Positions 15,050 through 31,387 of a stretch of DNA of 64,000 nt are shown one piece after another. Under the pieces are notes generated by a model. The model worked only from the letters and a program-made list of their open reading frames with translations. It searched no databases and had not been told where the DNA came from. The position numbers and the translations under genes are program-made. Positions within the stretch are counted from its first letter, which is position 1, and each line of letters begins with the position of its first letter. The stretch comes from the human T2T-CHM13v2.0 reference genome, Homo sapiens, in assembly GCF_009914755.1 (NCBI RefSeq), contig NC_060940.1. One strand, given 5' to 3'.

Positions 15050-16170
15050 CTCTGCCATTCATATTCAGTCACCACCCATTCATGCATTCAGCAAACACGG
15101 ACTGAGTGCCACTATGAGGCAGGCATTGTACTAGGTGCTGGGATACGGAAGTGAAAATGCCAAATGATTTCCCATTCCCATGAAGCTTCTATTATGGGGC
15201 CAGAGACAGACAGCATGCATGAAAAAAACTAACAAGATAATTATAGAAAGTGAGAAGTATGTTATGAAGTGAAATAAAAGAGGAGCAGCTCTACAGGGCC
15301 CCTCCAACTCCAAGTTCACAGTGGGATCAGTGGAGGCCTTCACTGTGATGCATCTCAGCTTAACTCCTCCCTCTGCTTGGTTCTGCTTCCTTCACTCCCC
15401 CATAGGTGCTAATCCTAAGGGCAGTCCCTAGAGGCTTCCTGCAAACAGCTCTCTAACTCAGAGTATGGGTTCCAGAGAATCCAAACTAAGGCAGTGAGTG
15501 ATGGAAGGAGAACCACTTCATACAGTGTTGATAGCGAAGGCCTGTCAGAAAGAGTGACGTTGGGGCCTGAATGATGGGGAGGACCAAGCTTTGAGAATAT
15601 ACTTGGAGAAAGTGTCTCAGGAATAGGGGATGACTGTGAGATGGGAACAAGGTTGGTGTATTAAAGGAATAGAAAGATGGCCCGTGCAGTTCAAGCACAG
15701 TGATGCTTGAGGAAAGAGGAGTGAAAGGATAGAGGACAGCAGGGCCAGGTCTTGCAGGGACCCACAGGTTGCAGTGAGGAGTTTGCATTTTATTCTAAGG
15801 GGGTGAGAAGTCATTGGAGAGGGTCAAGCACAGGAATGATAGGATCCAATTTACATTTTAAAAAGATCACTGTGGCTACTGTGAATTCAATTTCATCAGG
15901 AAGACAAGACTAACTGATGTGGAAAATTAGAGAATAACCCCAAAGCTATATAATTCTGTACCTATAAAGGGCACTGAATAAGGCTCATTGGCATGGGTAT
16001 ATCTCATATTCATTGAATATATACTTAGCAAATGTAATAGTTGAACACCTGTTATATGCCAGACACTGTGCTAGGCTCTGGGATACAACAAATAAATGAG
16101 ATAAATAATAGCCTGAACCCTCATGGAGCTTGCATTTGTAGTGGGAGGACTGTAATAATAAAGTGCTCAA
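15050..16170 (-). mobile_element. L2 fragments with an intervening LTR16-like segment (~15280-15490)
   Basis: cattcagcaaac...ctaggtgctgggatac; ggatccaatttacatttta; gccagacactgtgctaggc. Confidence 0.6.
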
Positions 16171-16799
16171 TAGGGTTGCATAGACTTAAAGCAGGTCATT
16201 GGAAATGAAATACAAGGTAAGGGCTTTCTGAAGAAGATAGGACTTGGAACAGGTGGGGAAATATGTAGGAAGCAGCCATTGTAGATAGAAAGAACTCCAA
16301 GAACAATACCAGGGTAGCAGTGGTGAGCATGGTCAAACAGTGTCAATAATTGCCATCTATTGAGTACCTGCTATGTGTCAGATATCGTGCTAAGAATTTT
16401 GCATCTTTTATATTGTGTAATCTTCAGAGATATCACATAAGGCAAGCATTATTTTTCTCTCATTTTATAGATGATGAAACCGAGGCTTACAGAAATATCT
16501 TATTCAAGATCACATATCTAGAAAGAGGGGGATCTGGATTTCCTCCCATGCCTGTCTGACTCAGAAACTGAATCCTATGCCCTGAATCCCTGCACTACAG
16601 TGACGTTCCAATAGGTGGGGTGCACCATAGAGAGCATCTTGATTGGCCAGAAGTGGCCCCTAGCTGTCTAAACAAGTCTCCTACCGTTTCCCAGGACAAG
16701 TTCTGTGCCAAGACTTGCACGTCTGCTGTCGTGTGGACACAGCTCTTGGTTCTTCACTTTTCTGCCAATGACTTTCTTCACCATCTCTTTCCTGTGTCT

Positions 16800-17200
16800 C
16801 ATTTGGCAGAGATTGCTAAATGGTCACCAATATCAGGTTCTGGTTTTTATGACACATGGTTTAATATATTTCTTAACATCCTTTACAGTTATTTGTGGCA
16901 GATGACTGAATTCTGGCCAATGGAGCATGAGTGGAAGCTGGTGTATGGCACTTCCAGGTCTGGTCCTTAAAAATCTCCTACTTATGCTTCTTTCACCTCC
17001 TGTCCATCTTGGAAGACATTCATTGAAGATGTCAGAGTCACTCTTAACCTGTGTCTTTGAGTAACTGTGTGGGGAAGGGACCACTCACCAACCTGGACCT
17101 ACCTTGGGCTATTGTGTGAGAAAGAGATAAAATCTATTGTTTTGAACCATTACATGACTGGGTCTGTTTGTTACTGCAGCCCAGCCTACACTAACTCATA
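16800..17200 (+). mobile_element. Old ERVL/MaLR LTR (LTR33/MLT1-like)
   Basis: tggcagagattgcta...ttctggccaatgga...gtctgtttgttactgcagc. Confidence 0.5.
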
Positions 17201-17434
17201 CACCTACTTCCTGTCATGACTCCTGAGGACCCAACTCTCCTTTAAAATATCATTTCAGCCTTTGTTTAGGATTTCTGGAAGAGAAAATGGTAATTTGGAC
17301 CATTCCAAAAAATTTAGTTAAACCAAGGAGTCTATAGACAAAAATCAAAGAGTGAGTGGATGAAAACTTCATGTTTTCTGTAGTTATAGCGATAATATGA
17401 TAAGTGACAGAATTTTTTAAAAAGGGAGAAATAG

Positions 17435-19450
17435 AGAGAAAGAATCATTCCACCCACTCTGGAAGGCACTGGGGTGTGTGGCAGCAATGGCGGAGGTGAG
17501 GGGATCTTGTGGTAGCTCCTCATGGGTTTCTGTCTTGAAGGTTTCCTTCTCTGCCTTAACTTTGTGTTCAACCAGGAGTAAAAGCAGTTCAACCAGTAAA
17601 AGCCTGGTGGGGGCAAGAAAGAGAAGATGAGAGGGCATCGCCCTGTGTGATGTCAGATTGGGGCAGGTGTGAGGGGAACAGCTGTCTTGCAATTAGCTCA
17701 GGAGTACGAGCCTCCCTAAGGACTGTATGAGTTCTGGACACTTCAGGAGTCTTCAGCCAGTGACATGGTTGATATGGATCAACTCATAAACAACTTGGAG
17801 GTGCAACTTAATTCAGAAGGTGGCTCAATGCAGATATTCAAGCCCATCACTGGCCCTACTCAGAGCACAGATCCCCCTGAGATAGAAGCAGAAATAATGT
17901 GACTTCTCCACCACTCCTGGATGCCAACCCCATGGAGAACCCAGCATTGTTTAATGACATCAAGTTTGAGCCCCAGAAGAACTTTTGGCGAGTGATTTCA
18001 GCCTGTCCCCAGTGGAACCAGTTGACTTCTCCTCTCACAAGCCCAAGGCTCCTCTCCACCCTGTTAGCATGCTGCAAGCTCCAGGACATCCTCCCAAGCC
18101 ACAGTCTGCTCCCGAGACCCTTGTGGTGTTCACTTCAACATCAGCAAACATTCCTGCTATTCTGACCACAGGATCTGTCCTGACTCCCTCTCAGGGCACT
18201 GGTGGCTAGCAGATCTTACATGTCATTCACAGCATCCCCTCAGTCTGTCTTCCAAGTAAGATGGGTTACCTGAATGCCATCCCAGTCGTGGTGCAGTCTC
18301 TGCCCATGGTGTATACTACTTTGCCTGCAAATGAGGGCCCTGCACCCAATACAGTCCCACTCATTGGAGGAGATGGTACAAATGCTGGATCAGTGAAAGT
18401 TGACCCCGCTTTCATGTCTCTACTGGAGATTCCAAGTGACAGTGAGGAGAGTGCAATTAAGAGTGGATCCTCAATCTCACAGAGTCTGCAGGGACTAAAG
18501 CAAGAACCAGCAGCAATGGCCCAAATGCAGGGAGGAGTCGCTTGACTTGAGAAGAAGACGGATGCACCAATGTGACTTTGCAGGATGCAGCAAAGTGTAC
18601 TCCAAAAGCTCTCACCCGAAAGCTCACCACAGAATTCATATAGGAGAGAAGACTTATAAATGCACCTGCGATGGCTGCTCCTGGAAATTCGCTCACTCAG
18701 ATGAGCTCACTAGCTCTTTCCTCGAGCACACAGGCATCAAGCCTTTCCACTGCACAGACTCCAACTGCAGCTTTTCTGGTTCTGACCACCTGTCCCTGCA
18801 CCACTGTCGCCATGATACTATGTGAGCTGCACAGGTCACACTAGAGAAGCTTCACTGGTATCTTTCCTGTTTGTGTATTGAGGTTAGGACCACTTTTTTC
18901 TCTTTGACTTCAAGTTGCATCTGGAATTGACTTGAAGCAGCCCACTGAGCCAAGTTGAGGAGACTGGAGGAAAACATAGCTGGTCTCCCGTGGGGCTCTT
19001 CGTATTCCACCTTCACCTCTCCACTGTCCAGACCTGGTTTTTTCAACCTCCACATGGGTTGAATTCCAGTGTGACATACATGGCTGCCCTCCCATTCCCC
19101 CTGCCCTGAAATAGGACATTTTTCCTGAAGTAACAAAACAGGAATCAAATTCAAGGCTGTGAACAAACATACGCTGCTTTTTTCTTTCCTATTTTTTTCT
19201 TGTTTTCTAGAACGCTTATCCATATGTTTCTAAAATAAGTACCTAAAGGTGGTTTGATAGTGTCCTAAATTACTTTTCTTGAGTTCCTAGATGGAAGGAG
19301 TGTAACAATGTAATTGACTGTTAAGATTTACAGGGATTCGATTCCTGAGTATGAGGCACATTTCCAGTGAATAAGCTGAGTCCCACACCAAACTCAAAGG
19401 TTTAGATAAATCGAATCCTATTTCTTCTTAAAGTTTGGTTTTCAAAAAAA
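17435..19450 (+). pseudogene. KLF8: Processed pseudogene of Kruppel-like factor 8 (5'UTR, intronless CDS 17765-18825, ~620 bp 3'UTR)
   Basis: Translates to MVDMDQLINNLEVQLNSEGGSMQ..., LLDANPMENPALFNDIK, VEPVDFS, IPVVVQSLPMVYTTLP and three C2H2 fingers ending RHDTM*, i.e. KLF8. No introns. Frameshifts near 17888, 17973 and 18535; TAG at 18207-18209. TSD core AGGGAGAAATAG at 17423-17434 and 19452-19463, after TTTT/AAAA. The symbol is the parent gene; this may be the annotated KLF8P1, not verified. Confidence 0.96.
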
Positions 19451-20650
19451 GAGGGAGAAATAGGGATAGAGAAAGAAGAGATCTGAGAAATAAAAAGAAG
19501 AGGAACTAGAAATATGAGAGAAAAGATAGGAAAGAAGAGAAAAGGAAAGAGAGGAAACAAGATAGAAGATACAGAGAAGAAAAAGCATATGTACAAAAGG
19601 ACTGAAGGAGCAAAATTAAAATTGAATCACTCCACAGTTCTGAGAAGATAAGGCTCTCCTAGCTTGACCTCCCAGGAACCGATCACACCCAGCCTCTGAG
19701 GTAAAAAGATGTTTCTTTCATGGTCTAGGACCAGGTGTATTAGGCCTACTGCCCTGCTATCTTGCACACCTGCAAAGCATCTGGATATGGCATTGTGATC
19801 AGCGGCCTGGGATTAAGTCCCAATCAAACTCAAGAAAATTGTGCTTCCTCCCAGCAGGTATAAAAGAAGAGGGATAAAGGTTACATCAACAGGGGACAAC
19901 CTCAGTTTCAGTAACTTTATATTTAGATTGCAGTGACTGGGAGTTAATTAGGCTTGGTCTTTTTTTCACTCTCCACTCCCCATCTTTTTCTCGACTAATT
20001 AGTTGGAAAATGGGTTCTAAAGAAAAGCAGAATGATCCTCGGGATTGGTAATGGGGTGGTGGTAATGGAGTAGTTAGGAAGAAAGCCCCCTCAAAGCGCT
20101 TTGGCTCTAACAGGCCTTTTAAGAAGTCAGTATGTTTGTCAGGACTACGGACAGCTCCAGGCCTGCCTGTGGGAGGGCCATTGAGGAAGCAGAGAAGGTG
20201 GCTTTAATAAAGGAGCCCTGGAAACTCCTGGATAGCGGGCGCCTGCAACCTTATTTAATTACGCAATGATCAGCAACCTTTACATTTTAATTCGGAGTTA
20301 CCATAATGAAGCCATCGTGCTTCTACTTGGGGCAGGCCTGCTCATTCTTCCGTTGCTCCGGAAAGGTCTTCAGCACTAATTGGCTGTTTAGTAGCTGGAT
20401 CTTGACAGTATGAAGTAGGTAGCGATCCCCTTGCTTTCCTTCTAATGCATTCTCTGGTCTCTCTGCCCTCCTCCTCTTTGATTTGCCTAATTAGTGCTAA
20501 TAATTTAAAAGATGCATGGCCCTCTTTTGATCCTGCTGTCGATGGCAGACAGAGCCATTCCATTAGCAGATATTAAATAGTGCTAATATGTGGTGACACA
20601 CAGTTGGAACTGGCTTGCACACAGTTCCAGCCTGGGACCACAGGGTTGCC

Positions 20651-20652
<2 letters not shown>

Positions 20653-20692
<40 letters not shown>
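20653..20692. repeat. (AC)20 microsatellite
   Basis: Seen directly. Confidence 0.98.
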
Positions 20693-20694
<2 letters not shown>

Positions 20695-21329
20695 CATTCA
20701 CTTTATTCCTAGAGAAAAGTCATCGTAGGCAGTAGCAGCTTTAAAGCACTGTGTCTTAATAACTGTTTGAGGCCCCCTTTATCGTGGGCTGGCATTGAAA
20801 AACCACATGATTTATTTCAGGGTTTTAATGATTAATTCATGAATGTGTCTGCAAGAATGCCAAGGTCTCCAAAATAATGAAAGCCTTTTTTTCCCCTAAA
20901 GTTGTTTGTTTTCATTTCAAATCAAAGCAATCTGTCTTGAGCATTCATTTCTCTCTCCCTTCACTCCCTTCACCCTGAAAAAAAAAAAAGACTGCTCATT
21001 TCACTGGGGTCTTGATAACATTTTGACAAGTAATAGAATTCATTTACATTTATCAAAATAAATAGATAAGTCTTCCATCTTCTCTCTGTTTAGCTGACAT
21101 GGACAGGCCTTTCACCTCCAGCAGGCATCAATAAGCTCGAGGTCATGTGCAATGATCCAGCCTGTGTGTTCCCAAATATTCTGAAACTTTTTTTGAAATG
21201 TAAAGAGGTGCTCAGACTGAGAGATTTTGGATGCTCTTTCAGAAGGACCCTTCCCAGGTCCTGGGAAAGCAGACATTGTAGCTGTCAGTGTGGCCTGGGC
21301 TCGTAAGTCATAAACCATACCTTACTTAT

Positions 21330-21550
21330 TTAAAGGCAGTAGGATGCCATGGTTAATAATGTTGGTTCTATAATGGGATTAGTTAAGTATTAATCATAGC
21401 TTTATCATTTTCCCATCAAGTGTGTGACTTTAGGCAACTCAATCGTAATAGTAACAGCTACATTATAGAGTTGTTATCAGGATTAAAAGAGGTAATACAT
21501 GTAAAAGGCTCAGCACTGCAACTGATCATAGTAAGTGCTCAAAAAAAGTC
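21330..21550 (+). mobile_element. MIR
   Basis: tgtgtgactttaggcaa...gttatcaggattaaa...catagtaagtgctcaa. Confidence 0.65.
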
Positions 21551-21967
21551 AGGGATAATGATGATAATGGTGATTGAATAGCCTTGGTCATTGCACACTG
21601 GGCAAGAGCAAACAAACCCCTTGGACCTGGGCCTCTGCACAATGGTCTGGATGAGAGGGTTGGTGACTGTGAGAAATGACATTTAGAACCTGTGGGGTTA
21701 CCAATAACTTTCTCTTTGGGCTCCTATTTGCTTTATGTTTTTAAAATTTCATTCATTTATTGGTAAACTAACAGCCACACTGCATAAAGTTCAAATGGCA
21801 CAAAAGGAGATGCAGCCAAAATTAAGTTTCCTCCCCATTTTGTTCTTTCCTGGAGATGGTCCTTATTATACTGATCTTGTGTATCCTCCCAGCAATTTTA
21901 AATACAGATACAAGACACAAGGACCATATTCTGCTTACAGTTTTTTCTTTAAAAACTTGTGGTGTGT

Positions 21968-24967
<3,000 letters not shown>

Positions 24968-25199
24968 AAAAAATTGTAGTGTGTTCTTTTCTTTGATCCT
25001 TGGATGAAACAATAAAGCCTAAGACCATGGCACATCACTCCATTTAGCTTTAGTCATTCCCCATTGATGGATGTTTAGGTTGTTTCTAGTCTTTCTGCAA
25101 CATAACACAGTCTTGAAATCAGCTAAGGAATAGAGATTTGTTGGTTTCTTTTGCAGGAGAGACAATGAAAGGAATGTGTATCATACCCTTGCTTTTTTC

Positions 25200-25560
25200 C
25201 TCTCTACAACATTCATTCCTTATACTTTTAAAAACAGAATCTTGTTTTTCCTTTGGAGAACTACCCTTCACTCACTTTCTGGCTGACCCTACTTCTGGTT
25301 TCAAGGATGAGATGTGACTAAAGCCCAACCAATCAGAAGCACTATTTTTACATTTATCAAAATAAATAGATAAGTCTTCCATCTTCTCTCTGTTTAGCTG
25401 ACATGGACATGCCTTTCACCTGTCCAGTGATTGGTTCATGGAAGATCATGTGACCAAGCTTAGGGAAAGATAGTCAGACCTGAGACTTCTGCAGAAACTG
25501 CTGGGACCAGGGCTCCATCTTCCCAATGAAAATGTGGAGCTAGTGGGCGGGCTGGAAGGG
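25200..25560. mobile_element. ERVL LTR16/33-like remnant carrying a 75-bp inserted copy
   Basis: ccaatcagaagcact...cagtgattggttca...catgtgaccaag motif, interrupted at 25347-25421. Confidence 0.55.
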
Positions 25561-25601
25561 AAGAGGTACTAGAAACAGGAAGACCAGGTATGAAAGGAAT
25601 G

Positions 25602-25663
25602 TACTGCAATGGTGGCTGCAGTGTGGCTATACTGCAATGGTGGCTGTACTGCAATGGTGGCTG
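25602..25663. repeat. Three copies of the 17-bp unit TACTGCAATGGTGGCTG
   Basis: Copies at 25602-25618, 25630-25646 and 25647-25663. Confidence 0.9.
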
Positions 25664-27051
25664 CAGAACTGTGGAAGAGGAGTTAACAAGAAGTTTATTT
25701 TACAGAAAATTCAGAGCAGTTGGCTAAACTGCAGAGAGGGCCAGAAGAAGTAGGAGGAAGAGATTCAGCATGACTCTGAAGGTTTTGGGTTTGGAGAACT
25801 GAAGAATGAAGCTACTTGAATGAATGTGGGTATTGAGAGATGAAGCTTGCTGGGTGGGTAAACTGGCTGTTTGCCTGTCCTTTTCCCATCTGATCTTTGT
25901 CACAGGGAGCTACATTTCCCAGCGTCCTTTGACATTTAGTTCAGGAAAGCATTTTTGGAAGACTGAAGAGTGAGGGAGAGGAGAAGCTGGAGAATATTCC
26001 TCCTCCTCTCTCTGTTTCTAGTAGAATGGCTTGAGGTGTCTACCTCTCATCTCTGATTCCATTTGTAGCCAGACAGCCTCTCTTTACTTGGTTTTATTTC
26101 CAACAGGCAGCTCCTGCCATGATTTTAGGGTCTGCTGGACAGCTGCAGCTTTCAGGCTCTGGTAATTCCAACCTTTTTTGCTGTCCCTCCATCCTTAGGG
26201 TTGGTGTCATATTCCTTCTGTGGTTGATCTCTGGGTTGCCTCAATGTCTTCTGCTTGACTTCTTGGACCTTCCATCACTGGAGTAGTCAATTGCTTGTAT
26301 TAAGTTCTCTCCATTTGGAACACCTAGTAGGGTTTCTGTTTTTGCTGGATGAATCCTAATTGATAGATTGAAGAAGCGGAAGGAGGGAGAAGACATGGGC
26401 GGAATGTGGGTTGGTGCACAGACAAGAAGGAAAGGTATGAAAAAACACAGGTCTGGGACTTACTTGCAAGATGGGAGGTGCTCAAGGAGAATGAGTTTAG
26501 AAGGGGAGGAAGGCAAGGACGGGACCTAGGGATAGTTCCACATAACTCATGAATGATGCTGAGGCATTAGCCAAGGTGGCTTAGAAGTGATAGCTTTCAG
26601 AGATGTAAGAGAACCAAATGTAGTCTTACTGTAACTAGGGAAGAATTTTAAGGAAGTTCGTGAGAGAGGAGGGTAAGAGTCACGGTCAGAAAGATCACTT
26701 GATTGATATGTGGGGGTCAAAAAGAATGAGGGCATTAAACAGACAGTCTGGTTCTAGTCTAAGTTAACTTGACCATAGTGCTATACCATTTAAAGCAAGA
26801 AGTTAGGAAGGGAAAAATGTAGAGAAATGGGAAATTCAAGGTTGATATTGGGGAGATGACTAATACTTTTGTTATGGGGTAGCTACATTATGAAAACTTT
26901 TTGCTATAAACTATGTGGAAGAGTGTGACTTGGCTCATGGTGCTGCCAAATTCACTTAGTCATGAACTCTGGCTTTGAAAAAATATGAAGAAGTCTTTAT
27001 GACCTCTGGTTCATTGTCTGCTATAGAAGCTTAACTGTAGAGATTGACACC

Positions 27052-27440
27052 TGTCTTAGTCTGTTCAGGCTTCTGTAACAAAATACCTTAGACTTGGTGT
27101 TTTATAAAGAATGAACGTTTGTTTGTCACAGTTCTGGAGGCTGGAAAGTTCAAGATTAAGATGCAGTGGATTCAGAGTCTGGTAAGGGGTCACTCTCTGC
27201 TTCCAAGATGGTGCCTTGTTGCTGTGCCTTTGCATAGTGGCAGATGAATACTGTGTCCTCACATGCAAGGAGGGCTAAAAGGGGCATACTTGGTCCCTCA
27301 AGACATTTAATAAAGGCAATAATCTGGTGGGACCTTCATGACCTAATTACCTCCTAAAGGCCCCACTTCTTAATACTATTGCATTGAGGATTAAGTTTCA
27401 ACAAGAATTTTGGAGAAACGCAAACACTCAAACAATAGCA
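27052..27440 (-). mobile_element. MST (MSTC/D-like) MaLR solo LTR
   Basis: TGTCTTAGTCTG...cacagttctggaggctgg...aaacaatagCA. Confidence 0.85.
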
Positions 27441-27860
27441 ATACAAAAAGAAAGCTACCATAAGTCATAGGCCCATGGACTCTTGGAGATGGAAAGGGTC
27501 ATTTTACAAAGGGTCAAATGGAGGCCCAGAGAGACTCAGGCATTTGAGACCACGTGGGCTGCACTGAAGAAAAGTCATTTTTAACATAATCCAAAGTCAT
27601 GGAACCAGAAGAGCTGTCTCTCTCTCTTTTGCACATAATCTTGACTTCTTCAGAACTGGGATTCATCTTTCCAATGCAGGACAGTGGGAAGCCCAGTACA
27701 AGACTCAATAAATGTTGGGTGATTTAATACACAAATGGTGAGGAAGAGGTGATGAGTCTGACAGCCTGTGGACTTCAGAGTTGGAGGATTCCATGGAAAG
27801 ACATCTCAGGGAAAAAAGTGACACCATTTCCTGAATTGAAATCTTCCATAGCATTAAACA

Positions 27861-28162
<302 letters not shown>

Positions 28163-28489
28163 CTAGATGATGAATCAGTTGGAAAGATTTTGAGCTCAAG
28201 AAACAGAAAACTCAACTTTCTTTGGTTGAAGCAATAAGGATGTTTATTGACTCACAGAACCAGAAATTTAGGTGCAAGGTAAGCTTTATAGTTGACCAAA
28301 TTTTGTAGCTCTGTGTGCATTTCTCAGTAGTTCTCTTGGCTCTGTTTCCTGTGTGGAGCGGTTTCACACTCAGATGAGTATGGAGAGGCAGTAGTTCTCC
28401 TCACATCTCACATCTACTCATAATGACATCAAAGGACAAGAGAGAGGACTTTTGGAAGCTCTCCCAGAAGATAGAGGATGAACTCTTTC

Positions 28490-29090
28490 AGCTCTTGTCC
28501 TTGCTTTCTCTTAGTCTGTTTCCTAAACAGCACCCTAAGGGATCCTGTTGAAACATAAGCCAAATCATGACACTGTTCTGCTCAAAACCCTCTGGCAGCC
28601 TCTGTATAAAAGCTGGAGTCCTTTCCAGACCTACAGTGCCCAGCAGGATCGGCCTCAGTGTCACTTCTTTGACTTCCTCTTCTGCTCTTGTCCCTCTTGT
28701 CCACTCTACTCCAGCACACTGACCTCCCTGCTGCTTCTCAAACATGCTAAGCCCATCCTGCTCTAGGATCCTTTGCCTGAAATGATCTCCCTACAGACTT
28801 CATTATGACAAATCCCTCACCTTCCCCGGATAGTCTTCCCTGAGGACCCTATTTAAAAATGCAGCCCTTGGACTTTCATGCTTTCCATCTCTGCTCTACT
28901 TCACCTTGTTTCACTGATCGTCGTCAAATACTATACATATTTTATGATTTATTTTGTTTATTGTCTGTCTCTCTTCACAGAGTCATGACTTCTTTCTTTT
29001 CCCTGCCCCTTAATTTCTATATTCCCAGCATTTAATAGCAGTGCCTGGAACATAGTAGGTGCACAATAAATATATGCCAAATAAATAAAC
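28490..29090 (+). mobile_element. L2 3' segment flanked by MLT1-like halves (28170-28490, 29090-29330)
   Basis: L2 3' end: cagtgcctggaacatagtaggtgcacaataaata. Confidence 0.7.
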
Positions 29091-30456
29091 AAAGGTCTCG
29101 CCCAAGCTTCTCCTTTTCTTTCATTGGCTCAGTTTGGTCACATGACCTTCCTGAGTCAATCATTGCAAGGGTTTTGGGATTACTTCCAAAGCAATCAGTC
29201 TCATCCCTGGAGCTGGGGGTGGGGTTAGTTTCCTGTGAAACACATGGCTTCATGCAGACCTGGACAAAATCTGGATTCTTTTAGGAAGAAGAAGGAGGGG
29301 GAAATGTGTTGGTTAGGCCACCCACAGTGTCACCCACAGATGGTGCTATCCCTTTCTGAAGGCCTCACTGTGGCCTCCTGTATATGTCCCAACTCCCCCT
29401 CAGAGTGCTTTTTACTCTCTGAGTGAAAAGATGAGCATAATGGTGAGGACCTTCCCTCTGGGAAGTACGGCTGTTGGGAGCAGATGGGGGGATGACAAGG
29501 GGAAAAGAAGAAAATTTGCAATGAAAAAACACCTTTGAGAAGCGGCAATAAAGTCTGCAAAATGAGAAAATCACATGCAAACCCCAGATTGCAACTTCAG
29601 AGGTGCTAATGGCAATCCGAAGGAAGCACTTTTCTTGAATGACAGTCTAATTTTACCATTATTGCAGAGAGACCCACTTAAACATAGGAGCTCCTCTGCA
29701 TAGGCTTCTGCATGTTGATGTCTGTGAGTGATAAAGATCTGAGATGTCCATTCATAGCATGGTACCCTGTGAGGACCTCTGGTGTGTAGGGCCCTGAGCC
29801 TGCCTTAGGAACCACCATCAAACCTGGGGCTCATCCTAACAGTTCAAGCACCATCAGCAGCTAGAGTCTGTGAGGACATTCACTTTTGCTCAGTAATGGC
29901 CATAGAAAGAGAGGATCTAAAAGAAGCTAAACTCATATCATGAATGGCTCCATTCAGCAACAGAGAAGTTTCAGCATATTCATTCTTTGATTTCATAGTA
30001 GATTATTTAATACCTGCTATGCAGTAGACATGATTCTAGGCACTGAGGATACACTCTTGCCTCTCTACAAAAGCAGCCAGGGTGCTCGTGTAAAAATGAA
30101 AACCCAAATCCTGTTCCCTGCTTAGAAGTCTCCTTATAAGGATTCTATGTCTCCTTATCACACTGAGAAGAATCCCCAAATCCCATAGGCGGCTCCTGCC
30201 CACCTTGTCTCCTTGTCTCCTGCCCACCTGGCTGGCCTCGGAGGTTCCTGTGCTCCAGTGTTACCCTGGCCGCCCTCTTTCTGCTGCTCTTTTACTTCAT
30301 GCTAGTTCCTGCCACAGTTCTTTTGCACCTTTTGGTTCTGTTTCTCGGAGCATGCCTGCCCTACATCTACTCATGGCCAACCTCTCCTTATGCAGCTCTT
30401 GCACAGTGCTATGCTGTTAAAGATGCCTTGCTTGACTAATGCTGTACCATACACCA

Positions 30457-30572
30457 GGGGCGGCATTCAACTTTTCTAATAACAGGGTTGGTACCATCAC
30501 TGGGTAATCCAAACAGATGCTAGCCATTTACAACTGGGACAGCATACGTGTATACCAGCTGAATGCCACCCA
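30457..30572. mobile_element. MER81-like hAT MITE inside L2
   Basis: Inverted termini GGGCGGCATTCA (30458) and TGAATGCCACCC (30560-30571). Confidence 0.7.
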
Positions 30573-30700
30573 ATCACACACAACTTCCCAGTCAGTAAAT
30601 CAGTCAGTTACATTCATTTCTGTCACACTACCTGCCAGTCTCTGACATTATCTTGGTGGGGTTGTTTTACTCTCCCTTTTCCCCTCACTTTCTATTTCTT

Positions 30701-30832
30701 TTTCTTTCTTTTTTTTTTTTTTTCTTGAGATGGAGTCTTGCTCTGTCACCCAGGCTGGAGTGCAGTGGCGCAATCTCGGCTCACTGCAAGCTCTGCCTCC
30801 TGAGTTCATACCATTCTCCTACCTTAGCCTCC
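30701..30832 (-). mobile_element. 5'-truncated AluY (right-arm 3' part)
   Basis: gcaagctc and ccattctc Y diagnostics; exact 15-bp TSD CACTTTCTATTTCTT at 30686-30700 and 30833-30847. Confidence 0.92.
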
Positions 30833-31387
30833 CACTTTCTATTTCTTAATTGCATACACCCATTAAAGCAAGTTTGTCTGTTTTGTTCTTTGTACATTAC
30901 AGCACTGGCAGTGGCTAGTTCTGAGTCGGGCATAAAGTAGGCTCTCTGTAAATATTTGCTGAATGAAAGACCAAAACATCCCAGCCCTCAGGCAGCTTAC
31001 ATTCTGTGAGATAGGATTAGTGGTGGCAGTTTCAGAGGTGCACACCTGGACAACTAAATGGCCTTAGAATTCTGAATTCTGAAATCAGAAAGTAACTCTG
31101 AATTGGAGTGAATGATTATGACCCTGTGAGTGCCTGGGAGAGGGCAGATCTGCATAGCTTCTGGAATGATAAATCTGGGGCAATGTCTTCAGGATAGATG
31201 ATCTACAGAAAAGACTATAGTTCTTGAGGACTTTTGCCACATCAGTTTGACCCTGAACTGCAACAGCACTCACTGTCTTCCTGCAATGTCGCTTCTTTTG
31301 TAGAGTCTGAAATGAATACGGCTCTTGATAGCTTAAATACCATCTTTAATAATCCTACCTAGAATGTCTTATTTAATTCTTTTTTTA

